64,000 nucleotides of DNA, taken from the NCBI GenBank assembly GCA_964106915.2, contig OZ066917.1. One strand, given 5' to 3'. The position numbers were made by a program, and so were the translations under genes. This DNA is from Podarcis gaigeae. Taxonomy: Eukaryota. Below the pieces are notes generated by a model. The model saw nothing but the letters and a program-made list of their open reading frames with translations. It searched no databases and was not told the origin of the DNA. This document shows, piece by piece, positions 27,233-57,150 of the stretch; positions within the stretch are counted from its first letter, which is position 1, and the number at the start of each line of letters is the position of its first letter.

Positions 27233-28062
27233 CCTTGTTTATTTTAGATGTATAAACAGTATCCTGGACTGAAGCTAGTGTTCACTTACTACACTGTGGT
27301 TAAATTAGATGGGCACTAGGGGTGTATCCAAAATTACTCTTACCTGGAGTAGATCCACTGAAAATAATGGACACGACTCCCTTGGGTCCATTAATTTCCG
27401 GGATCTATTCTAACTTAGTTGCATGCTGTTCTAAAAGTGTGGAAGTGAAACCGTGATCTTAAAAATAAGTCTCCAGGCCTCCTCTTTGCTGATGCTACTC
27501 CTTTAATGCGAAGTACATTTCTTCCTGGATAAAGCAGGGCTAATCAGGCTGTTTCACGGTACTGTGTTCACACTGAATTGTCCCACCCCTTGAGAGACCA
27601 GAGTTTCACTCGCCAGCATTCCACGTTTAGCAGCTTCAGGAAACGTCGGAATGTCTGTCCAGGATTACAAAACAACTCCTGAAAATGAAGTGGACTCACC
27701 CCAGCCTGGAGTGGGGCGCTTTGCTGAGAAAGCGCCTCAGGAGCGGAAGGCATCCTGCAGCGGACATGTGCGCACCCCGCCGCTACCAGCGAGAGAAGGA
27801 AGCGCGCCTTGGACTACAACTCCCGCGAAGCAATGCGGGCGGAGGGAAAGCGAGAAGGCATGCTGGGAGTTGTAGTCCGAAGTTGCTCTCACGTCCGCCT
27901 CTCGAGCGAGTCCCTGGCTCGCTCCCTCACTCGCCTCTTCAGCCGGGCCCAAGCGGTGGGCGTTTCTTCTGCATCACATGACACGGGAAAGGGTGGCCGG
28001 TGATTGGCTGAGGGGAGGCGCTTCCGGCGTAGGCCGGCTTGTTTGGGTATTACCGTCACACT

Positions 28063-46737
<18,675 letters not shown>

Positions 46738-49700
46738 AAGTGTAAACACTGTATTGAGAGATATATTTTGTGTATAACTTTAACTGGTGGTGGTAACTAT
46801 TAGTTTTGTGGTGAAAATTTTCTTACTTTTTCTACCATATCTGTATTTTCTTAGAACAGAACTTGCCTGGTACAGGAAGCTGCATAGCGGCTATTGAATA
46901 GCTTATCTATAAATTTTCCACAACTGTGTTGCACATCTGCCTCGTTTTTTAAAACAACTCATAAAGGATGCATGCAGATTCCTTCCTTCTGACCCCATAG
47001 CACACATCACCATGTCATCTAAGACTCGTGTACAGATTTAACATCATGTCAGGGGAACAACTGTGGCCAGAGTGTCGCAGACTCGGGTTTGAGGGGGGGG
47101 GAGGGAATCGTTGCTTCTATTAAGTGAATTAAGGCTTAGTATTGAATTGTAATGACCAAATACTACAGTGAACTATAATTGGAGATGTGATGGCCAGTGG
47201 GAGCTCATTACTGGATTCATATATGAACAAAACTAAAAACTCTTACAGGGTTTAGTGTAGCTGCAGTCTTGCCTACCGCTTTGAAATCTATATAATTTTG
47301 CAACTGGAAAACAGGGTGTACAACTCACATATTTCTCAGGATTGTCCTGCACAGTCAATTCATAGATGGAGTGACTGTTGCCTGTTAAAGTGAAGAAATA
47401 AGGGAAGAAAACAGGTGCTCAAAAGTTTGTCCAATTAACCACTGACCAAAACTCAGATGCATTTTGAGCACACTTTTGCATCATCCTGGAGATAAAAGCT
47501 TAATAGTTAAAACCTACTGCCTACAAATGCATGTGTGTAGTTGTGGCTTGTCTGATAAAACAAAATGCAATGGGTTTTTGGTTTGTGGGTGCTAGGCAAA
47601 AGTACTTTTTCTGCCATTATTTCTTCACTAGGTTTGGTGCCTAATTAGCATAAAATAATGAACAGCTACAAAGGTGTTCACTGAAAATGGGTGTAATGAC
47701 CAATAACACTCCATCTCTTGGTCCCTTTAATAGACAGTACAGCAGACCATAATGCACATATTTGACTGGAAACATGTTCCCATGAAAACTTACTTGCCTA
47801 TTTAACAAGGATAGGTCAGAGTATAGATAATACAGTTTGTCGTCTAGGGATGGAGGGGGGGGATACTCTGATCTGTTTTCTCAACTATTGCTTTTTGTAA
47901 AATAAAAATGTATGACTAGATAAAACACACCTGTAAGCAAAAGTGCCTTCTGGTATCTATAGGTTACCTGGTAGATTTGGCACATCAGTTAACTAATATA
48001 CAGCAAGCGAGGCTCCACTTTATTTCTGTTGCGTTTGTGGTTAGTGTTGTGAATGTAGATTGACCTGGAAAAGCCCAGATACCCCCATAATTTGGAATTG
48101 TGTTTCTTTTATTTATTTAAAAGACAGGGACCAATAGTGTTTTCTTTGTTAGGCAGAGTGCTACTAGGTCAGAAGCTGCTGTTTAACTCTGCCTTGCAGT
48201 TAGTAGCTTTCTAGTTGCTGGTTGTTTTGAAAAATACAAATACTCCTAATTCTGGTATTTAATTTGGTTTTCATTTTTAAGGGATTTCTGACTCAAGCAC
48301 ATAATTGTTGGCAGGTTCTCTCCTTGCCTACCCATTCTCTCTGAGTTGCAGATTACTTGAATGTTCAGTTATGTTGCTATGTGCTACCCTTTTCCTGATG
48401 AAATGTACAGAATGGAAATAGATGTCTTGAAAGGAAATAAAGGTTGGATCACACCTACTGAATGTTACCTAATACCATTGAGCAAAATCAAATTGGCATC
48501 TGCAGTGACCAAATTTGGAAACTGGCCAGTTAATATTCCTTATAAGGTGCATTTGCAGTTTTTCCTTTTCTTTTTTGGTATGCATTTCAAGTACAGTAAA
48601 AGCAAGCAAAGCTGGTGGGAGGTTTACAGTGAGGAAGGGTAGAATGAGCTTTGTCAGTCATAACCATTTGATTGTAATTGATTCTGGAGAGAAATTTTCT
48701 GATGTTCCCTTTAAAAAACAAAACAAAAAACCTTGTCCAATACTTTAAAGCATATATGTGTAAGCAAAGAAGTCATAGTAAGTAATTTGAAACTGAATGC
48801 AATTTTGAAGGACCGAACTGCGGTGTATCTGAACCATTCCACCCCACCAACCCAATGTATGTGATAGCCTTGCCTGTAGCCAGGATTGGTGTAACGTTTG
48901 CTCTCTTTAGAGAAGAGTAGACTTTGGGTTCCGGTGCATTAAAAATTGCTTCCACGTTATAGCTAAAAACACCCTAAGGATTGTGGCCACAAATACTTAA
49001 AAGGAATTGAATTGAATTGACTATTCTTTCTGGTTCCTGTCTTTTCTAAGTGTAGAACTAAATTTTGTTTCCTGAAATCTTAAGACATTCCATACATTGA
49101 CCAGTGAGAGGGCCAGCATGGGATAAGCGCAGTCCTTGTCTGATCTGGAATTGCACTGCTGTTCTCCAGCTCTTCTTTCCAGTGTACTTCCGCCTGTACA
49201 ACCCATGCTTACCACTGGCAGCTGCTTCAATGTGCGAATTCCAGTAATCATGTGCTAAATTTAAGGCTGTTTCTTGTACCGTCCATCTCTTTATACCTTT
49301 TGCAATGATGCGTACAGTGGGGGGGGGGAGTGCACTGTTTTTCCTATTGCATAACCGGTGGTTCAAATGCACAGTTATCTGCCAATTAAGCCCTAGAATC
49401 CTAAACTATTCTCACACAGGACCCTCAAAGCCAACACTCTTTTTCATTTGTAATTCTTAAGTGTAATTTGCATACATGCTTGGGAGCTGTATCTTTCCAA
49501 TCCGTTCTCCTCTCTCTATTACACCTGGTTATGTTACCGTTCAGTTCTCAGGTGTTGCAGAAAATCTACCTCTTCAGACTGTAGATGGAAATAACTGTGA
49601 AAAGTGATGCAGATATTTAGTTTGTGCTGAACACTCTGCTTTATTTTTACAACCCATACCTGCTTTCATGAAAAAGAAATGCTGAATAAAATAGCCAGTC

Positions 49701-50504
49701 TTGTTTTTGCTTTTCAAGAACATTTTGTAGAGATTTTTCACTAATGTGAATCTGAAATTTTATCTACTCAGTTCTGTATAAATTAAGTAAATATGTGTGC
49801 TTAATATACTAGGCTATGTGTCTTATTTTTTTTTAGAGTTCTCAACTAAATTTCACTTTTCTGGCTGTAGGTCTTGTCCATAGATGTGTGGTGTTCACTG
49901 TACGTATTATTAAGTGAACTGCAAACATGCAGTTTTGTACTTCCATAGCTATCCTAAGGATTCAGAATTGAAAACAAAGCCCTTCCATCAGTGTATCTAA
50001 ACGTTAAACACCATAGCTGTCGTAAACATTCCTTTAATAATGGGATGGTAAACTCCATTCGATTTCCGTCAGTAGTGCATCAAAAGAGTTTACCAGCACC
50101 ATCTAGTGGCAAAAGACAGAGTCTTAACGAGCATCTATTATGGGTGTATGTCTTACACAAAACTGAGGACAACAATCCCTTTAAATTATCTATCAAACTT
50201 GTGGTCTGTACTATTTCTTCCATCTCAACTAATAAATTGAAGCAAAGTTCTCTCTTTAAAAGGAAGAAGTTAAGGATGGAAAGTGTCAAGATGTCATTCC
50301 AACATTCATTTTTGTTTTACCACTCACTTGTCACTGGCTATAGTGTGAACAAGCAGTATTTTGCCCAATAGTTTTCCCTCTGTCCTTTACAGGGAGCAAT
50401 TTGATTTAATGAACCAAACAGTGCTTTGTATTAAGGTGCCTAATGTGTATTTTCGCACACACACACACCCCCAAGTGCCAGGTGCTTTTTTCACGATTAC
50501 AAAA

Positions 50505-50510
50505 AATAAA
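50505..50510 (+). terminator. Candidate distal TXLNG polyadenylation signal AATAAA (others at 47901 and 49685)
   Basis: Last AATAAA before repeat-rich intergenic DNA begins, followed by GT/T-rich sequence. Confidence 0.45.
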
Positions 50511-50610
50511 ATACTTCTCTCTACATTAATGTGCAGCTAGTGGTTTGGAAATACCTGTTTTGCTGAGTGACCTTATGTGAAAGCATCCCAATCACACTAC
50601 TGTTAGGCAT

Positions 50611-50930
50611 GCCTGAGAGGAGATATGATAGCCATCTTCAAATATCCCAAGGGCTGTCACATGGAAGAGGGAACATGCTTGTTTTCTCCTGCTCTGGAGG
50701 GTAGGACTCGAAACAGTGGCTTAAAGTTTCTGACTAAATGTTCGAAAAACTTCGTGACAGTAAGAGCTGTTCAGCAGTGGAACAGACTCCCACAAGAGGT
50801 GACGGACTCTCCTTCCTTGGAGGTTTTTAAACAGAGGTTGGATGGCCATCTGTCATGGATGTTTTAGCTAAGATTCCTGCAGTGCTGGGGGCTGGACTAG
50901 ATAGCCCTTGGGTCCTTTCCAACTCTTTAT
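50611..50930 (+). mobile_element. CR1 LINE 3' end (ORF2 C-terminus remnant plus tail)
   Basis: ORF MIAIFKYPKGCH...EGRTR...NFVTVRAVQQWNRLPQEVTDSPSLEVFKQRLDGHL is the typical CR1 ORF2 C-terminus. Confidence 0.9.
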
Positions 50931-51242
50931 GTCACGAAAAGAGCTACAAAGTCTGACAATTAGGGACAGCTCTTCCACAAGAAGCATGACCTTGCTTCAC
51001 ATTGTTCTAGTTCAAGCACAAAAGGTAAATTCTATTGGTAAGGTAAAGATAAATGACCCCTGGACAGTTAAGTCCAGTCAAAGGTGGCTATGGAAACATT
51101 AGCAAATAGTGTCTTCAGTCAATTGAAAAGCCAGAAAGTGTCAAGTGTGTTGTCTTCTGTTTTCCTTTCATGATGAAAGGTGCGAGGTAATCTCTCTGGG
51201 CTTGGGTCTACGCAACTTGGTTTTCATAGTTAAAAATATATG

Positions 51243-51465
51243 AGCCTGCTGGATCAGGACAATGTCCCATCTAGCCAAGCATCCTGTTCTCACAGAGGCC
51301 TGTCGGAAGTTTGCAAGCAGAATTTGAGCACAAGAGCACTCCAGCTTCCTGTGGTAGCAACTGATATTACTGCCTCCAACTGCGGAGGCACAGCATAGCC
51401 ATTATAGCTAGTAGCCATCAATAGCCCCCACCTCCATGAATTTGTCTAATCCTCTTTTAAAGCTG
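51243..51465 (-). mobile_element. CR1-type LINE 3' fragment
   Basis: Homologous to 4845-5100. Confidence 0.7.
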
Positions 51466-52784
51466 TATGTAGAGTAGTTGAAGTCACCCGTGTCTCCTCT
51501 TTTGGGTGCTTCCTTGATTTCATTCTTCATCTCAAGATCTCCCTGAGCATTTTGATCAAGGGGATGATAGCATGCTGCTAGTACAAAATGGTTAAATTAC
51601 CCACATTGATTATGTGGGGAAGGTTGCCCCTTTGGGGATTTCTAGCTTGCTAGACTCCAAGGTTTCTTTGACATACAAAGTTCAAGGCTGACACCTTGAA
51701 ATAGATGATCCGGCTGACCAGAGAATTATGCTACGTAGAGGGAAATGGGCTTGATCCTATGTCCTTTCCCCAGGCACAGGAGTTGAGCATGAGAGAACAG
51801 TTAACGCAGTAGCTTGCTGGTGCTTTGGAATCTGAAATATTCTTACTCAAAGGCATTATTTTCTCAAAATGCCATTCTAATAGAATTGAAAGCACTACAA
51901 AAAAATTGCCACATTTAAAAAAAGATATTACATTTTTAACTAATACCAATCCATATTTCAGAGAGACATTTTAAATAATTGGGTTGTTTTTAAAAATGCC
52001 TTCTCTACTTGAAAAGTCTCCTTTTGTGGATTTATATTCAGTGGTTCTCAAGGGGCAGAAAACCTCAATATTAAAGTCTAAGGCGAGAAGAATGCCATCA
52101 GGTTTGCATTACTGTCTGAATAACTTAAAATATGCAAAGTTTCTTCCTTCTGCTTTGTCTGCATGTTGATCAGTATTTAGCTATAGTATGCACAAATATG
52201 AGGGCATTCAGTTGTTATATTTCAGCTGGTGAGTAGGCGTTAAATCCTGCTGCTTTGACTGCACATGCCAGTTCCTTTTGCAGAACCAGCAGGAGCAGCC
52301 AACACAGAATTGAACTCCACCCATCACCCCCAATTGCCCAGTGATGTCAGCCAATGGACAAGGTTTGGGGGAAATGGCCTCACTGGCTGCATTGGATCCA
52401 CTGGTAGGCCAACATTGTCCCATGGGCTGTAGGTTCCCCACCCAATTTACACATATGATAAAATAAATCCACACTCTTTTCTTTTCATGTTAGAGCAGAG
52501 CATGAAGGTTGTGAAACAAGCTCATTAACAAGGCTCATTAACTGCTTTATGCCTTACATAAATATGTATCACTGACCATTCAGAAAGGGATTTGAAGAAT
52601 GGAGCAAATATGAAGGAATGTCTCTTGTTCTCAGGCACTGTTTACTTATTAAATTCTTACATATGAGAAGTATAGTAAATTCCAAGCATACTTTGAACCA
52701 TAATGAGGCATAATGTACCTTAGCCTGCCTCCTTGTTTTTTATTGTTTTTCATATCTTCATAATAGGTCGTCCTTGGAAACAAG

Positions 52785-53027
52785 TTACAGATAGGTAGCC
52801 GTGTTGGTCTGCCATAGTCAAAACAAAACAAAATTCCTTCCAGTAGCACCTTAAAGACCAACTAAGTTAGTTCTTGGTATGAGCTTTCGTGGTATGAGCT
52901 TTCGTGTGCATGCACACTTCTTCAGAAATTCACTTCTTCTGAAGAAGTGTGCATGCACACGAAAGCTCATACCAAGAACTAACTTAGTTGGTCTTTAAGG
53001 TGCTACTGGAAGGATTTTTTTTTTTGT
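52785..53027. mobile_element. Penelope-like element insertion: two inverted partial terminal repeats with hammerhead cores and a 12-bp TSD
   Basis: TSD cttggaaacaag at 52773-52784 and 53028-53039; arms 52835-52927 and 52937-53014 are complementary over 78 bp; CTGAAGA..GAAA motif on both strands. Confidence 0.82.
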
Positions 53028-53574
53028 CTTGGAAACAAGGGTCAGGTGTCCTCCCAGAGATGCAGTAACATTCTTTGCATTATTCACTTACACATCAGGA
53101 AATTCACCAAGAATTAACAAAGGCAGTTGATGCTATAATCACTTTCACTCAGGAAGCTGTCCATGCAGAACCAACTACTGTATAGACTTTTAAGTTATAT
53201 GAACTGCTTGCAAAGTAAGGTTAGATAGAGCTTCAATAGTTTGTTTGCTTTTTGTGTTCACAAATCCTTACAGGAGGTAATACATTTTTAAATCAAAGTC
53301 TTTGCTCCCTCTTTCACATCCTGGGTTTTACATCTACTTCTAGCTGTTTTTGTTTAGCTTTAGAAGACATTTAACGATTCATCTTGAATGTAAGAGTTGG
53401 GAGAGGCAATTGCAGAACACCCACTAAAATAAAACACAGCTTGGGTGGCCTTCTGGCGGTATCCTTTTCAATGAAAGGAAAAAAACAGGTGTTAAGTAAC
53501 ACTCTGAATAATCTTGACATGCACACTCAAGATTACGGGAAGATCAAAAGCCATTCCTTGTAAGGGAGTTGCTA

Positions 53575-53790
53575 CAGCCCCTTGATCATTTTGGTTGACC
53601 TTAATGCACGGTTTCCAGCTCTACAATATCCTCCTTGAGATGTGGAGACCAGAACTGAACAAAATATTCCAAGTGTAGTCTCTTTCCAGATTTTCTGTAA
53701 TAGCATATTAGCAGTTGTATGTATGTTTGTTTGTTTGATTCCTTCCTTAACGATACAAAAATGGAATTCATATTATTCACAGCTGCCATA
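53575..53790 (-). mobile_element. CR1 LINE ORF2 fragment (degenerate)
   Basis: Minus-strand translation RLHLEYFVQFWSPHLKEDIVELETVH matches the CR1 motif RPHLEYCVQFWSP..KKD...LE.VQ. Confidence 0.8.
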
Positions 53791-55906
53791 TACTGGTGTG
53801 CTATCCTCCTAGTAATTGTATAAAGCAGCCATAAATATATTCTGTTAACATCAGCAGGACCAATATGGCTCTAATCCAGTATAAAACTCACGTGCTCCTT
53901 GGATGAATATTTGCATAGGAACTGCTTGCATATTTTCTATTTGTATTGAGCTTTACTTGCAAACCCAGATTTTGTTGTGCCTGGATTACCAGGTGTCTTT
54001 GCTGTACCTGCCCCTGCTTAAGTATTTACCTTTTTATAGACCTATAAAAGAAACTTAGGATAGTACCCCTTTTCTAATATGTGTTTGGACAATGTGAATG
54101 TATGGGATTGAGATCATGCCATTTCCACTGTGTGAAATTACAGGAATTATTGCAGAAAATAACAAAGTCATTGAATATACTTGGCATAGCATATTACCTT
54201 GCCATTTCATTATTCAGTGTAAGTCATCTAAAACTTGAAATAAACTCATTTTTATTATAAATGTGAAATAGATGGTCATAGTTGTAATAATTTGGAAATG
54301 GGTAATTTGGAAAGGCAACTAACTGCTGGTGACGAAGTGTGACAATTTCAAAACTGGTGACTAATATGCTGCAGTGGATGACAACCTGTTGACTAAATCG
54401 AGGCTTGTATCTTCATAGAACATATGTGGTGGCCTTGAGAAAGGTTGTGGTTAGAATAAATGTAAAACACTGAAAAGTACAGTAGAAAATGTTTTTAAAA
54501 TTGACTTTACATTAGCTGACAATTTAACAAGGAACAAAATCGCTAATATGAGTGCTGAGTTTATCAACTTCCTGTCAATCATTATTGACATATTTACCAG
54601 TCTTACATTTTGTGAAATTGGACTGAATAGTTTCTGGATTGTTTAGGATCTAATTTGGTGATGAACGGCTAGCTAAAAATTAACTTGTTCAAATTCATGT
54701 GTGGTGGCAATATTGGTTCACACATTTGCTCAACTATGATCTTAAAGAAAGGTCTGATAGAACGTTTAATTTATGCATGATAGTATTCCACCAAATGTGA
54801 TTCATTGCCAAATAAGACTGATTATTTTGTTTTTATGCACATTTATTAGCTGAGGCTCGAGCCATAAGCATATATTTAACTTTCTACAGCTGTGGCCATA
54901 CTTAAATATGCAGTTGGCTGTGTCTCTGTTTTCATTTGGCCTAAGGCACAAATGCCTGCAACAGAAGGTTAATAAAAGGATGCAATATCAACTTAAACAT
55001 TTCCTCAGTTTTCTATACCATTGAAACTAACCCAAACACTGTTTCTCCTTACATCTTCTTTTTTCTTCTCATCTCCATTATGATTGTCAGGTATGTGGAG
55101 AATCGAAGCATAAACAAGTATTAAAATATGTTTCATTTTATGTCTGTCTGTTAATAACTCTTCTGTAGTTCAAGAAACTATTCCTATTAAAATATAATCC
55201 TCCATCTGTTAAACTTGAATGGTTTCTTATGTCAGTAGGGTGGGTTATTTGAGGTCTACGTGTAGTAAAGGCAAAATAACATAACATACTGGAAAAATGG
55301 TCTATCCCTGCAAATCTGCCATCTTTGCAATGGAATGCACTGCACACCCAGCAGGTTGTTTTTAAAAGGCAAACAGGAGCATAGTAGGTTTTAACCGGGA
55401 AGACAGCAGGTGTTTGTCTGAAAACTTCACTGCAGGCCATTCTCTCTTCCCTGTTATTTATTTAATAATCACTTTTCTAAAGATAGGGTTCTCTAAAGCA
55501 GTTTTCAAAGCAAGCCAAAAACTCAAAGCAACCCAATGTCATCAAACCAGTTTTAAACTGCATGTCTATTTATATCCCACTCCAAGTACCTGAGGTAGTT
55601 ATGTTAACTGCAAAATCTTCTTGCCCTGTTGGTCACCTTTCCCTGGCCCACCAAATTAAAAGCTTGAGCACAAAGGTTTTTGCACTACTTCTGGAAAACC
55701 ATGTTGGTCTCCAAGACGCAACTCCTGGGGGCTGATATCCCTTTGGCCTCCCCAATAAAATATGTGAGGGGGTGCCCACCCCAAATTGATAGGCATTGCC
55801 ATTCAAATGGTGCGCGTGCGCCGCATCTTGTGATCAATTATGCGACGTGGGGTCTCTTTGGACCCCCCCCCCAATATTTCATTCAAGTGGGCACCCTTGC
55901 CAAGAC

Positions 55907-56039
55907 CAGGGCTTTTTTCGGGGGTACTCACCAGAACTCAGTTCCATAACCTTTCAGGTGAGTGCCATTGCTATTCTAAGAGAGAGGTGTCCCTGGTGAG
56001 TTCCGGCACCCCCTTTCTCTCCCTAGAAAAACAGCACTG
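55907..56039. mobile_element. hAT-type MITE (133 bp) just upstream of the REPS2 CpG island
   Basis: Ends CAGGGCTTTTTT / AAAAACAGCACTG; 8-bp TSD gccaagac / gccaagaa. Confidence 0.75.
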
Positions 56040-56199
56040 GCCAAGAAGTATCCATTTTGCTAAGACTTTTACCCCACGGTCACCTGCACCCACCCTCTGA
56101 ACTGGGCTTCGAGTTAAGTCTTTAGGTGAGAGGAAATTCCACAGCTAACCCCAGGTGGCCTCTGCTGGGCACACCTTGGTGCCCAGATGCCAGAGAGAT

Positions 56200-57150
56200 T
56201 TAAACGCGGTGGGGCTGCTTTTTTCATGGGGGGGGGGAGGGCTCTCTGCACATGCTCAGATGCGCAGCCCTACTGCGCTATTCTTCGAAGAGCAGGGCGT
56301 CAGGGTCAAGCAAGCCCGTCCCTGAGGTGGCCATGTGGGCATCTAGCGTTTCTCCTCAGAGTGTGGCTCTCACCCCACGGAGGCGGCGACGGCGGCGGTT
56401 GCCTCCTGCTCCAGCCCGGCGTGTGGAGGTGGAGGCTGCGGAGCGGGAACGCCGTTTTGGGCACGTGCCCTGAGGAAGCTTTTTTTCTTCCCCTTCCCTC
56501 CCCTTCCCTTTCCCGAGCAGCTGCCGCCGCCGCCGCTTCCCGCTCTCGGCTTTCTGAGGAAAACCTCTGAGGGAAGCAGAAGAAGAAGGCGCGAAGAAAG
56601 CTTCTCTCCGTCTCCCGCCGCCTCCTCCTCCGCCTCCCCCCTCGGGCAGCACTGCAGAGGCAGCTCCGCTCCGCACTGGGGAGGAGGAGGAGGCGGGGGA
56701 GGCCGCCGCCGCCGGACGGAGGACGAGGCTCAGCCGGGGCTGCTGCAGAGGCTCCTCGCTCGCCCCTCTCGCCCGCCGCCAGGAGTTTCTCTCCGGCCTC
56801 GGGAGTCGCGCCGCCCCCTGCCTGATTCCCCGCTGCCATGGAGCCTGGAGCAGCAGCAGCCGCCGCTGCTGGGCCGGCAGCCGCCGCCGGAGCCGCGGCG
56901 CTCTTCCTGGCTGCGAGCGAGCAGCAGGGCTACTCCGAGCTGTTCTCGCTTTGCGGCGGCGGCCAAGCTGCGCCCGAGGCGGGGGGACCGGCGGGAGCGA
57001 CCCCAGCCGCCGCCGCCGAAGGGAGCAAAGTGGCGGAGTTGTTCCGGGCGTCGCAGCTGCCTGCCGAGACGCTTCATCAGGTAAAGTAGTAGGAGGGGCG
57101 CGCAAACACACATAAACGTGCAGAGTGCCTTCTGGGCGTGTGCAGAGTGC
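56200..57150 (+). promoter_or_regulatory. REPS2: REPS2 CpG island, promoter and GC-rich 5' UTR
   Basis: Very CpG-rich block with GCC runs surrounding ATG 56838. Confidence 0.75.
56838..57080 (+). CDS. REPS2: RalBP1-associated Eps-domain protein 2, coding exon 1 (81 codons). Exon 2 is not seen, so intron 1 extends beyond the window.
   Basis: MEPGAAAAAAAG...SEQQGYSELFSLC...VAELFRASQLPAETLHQ|gtaaag matches the recalled REPS2 N-terminus (poly-Ala, EQQCYSELF, LFRASQLPAETLHQ). Kozak context GCCATGG. Confidence 0.92.

Noticed and set aside
48773-48955. Minus-strand ORF containing ILATG and KLHS, reminiscent of RBBP4/7 [25 protein letters not shown]
   Set aside because: The spacing is wrong, the WD dipeptide is absent, flanks do not match, and it lies inside the putative TXLNG 3' UTR. 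Judged a chance match.
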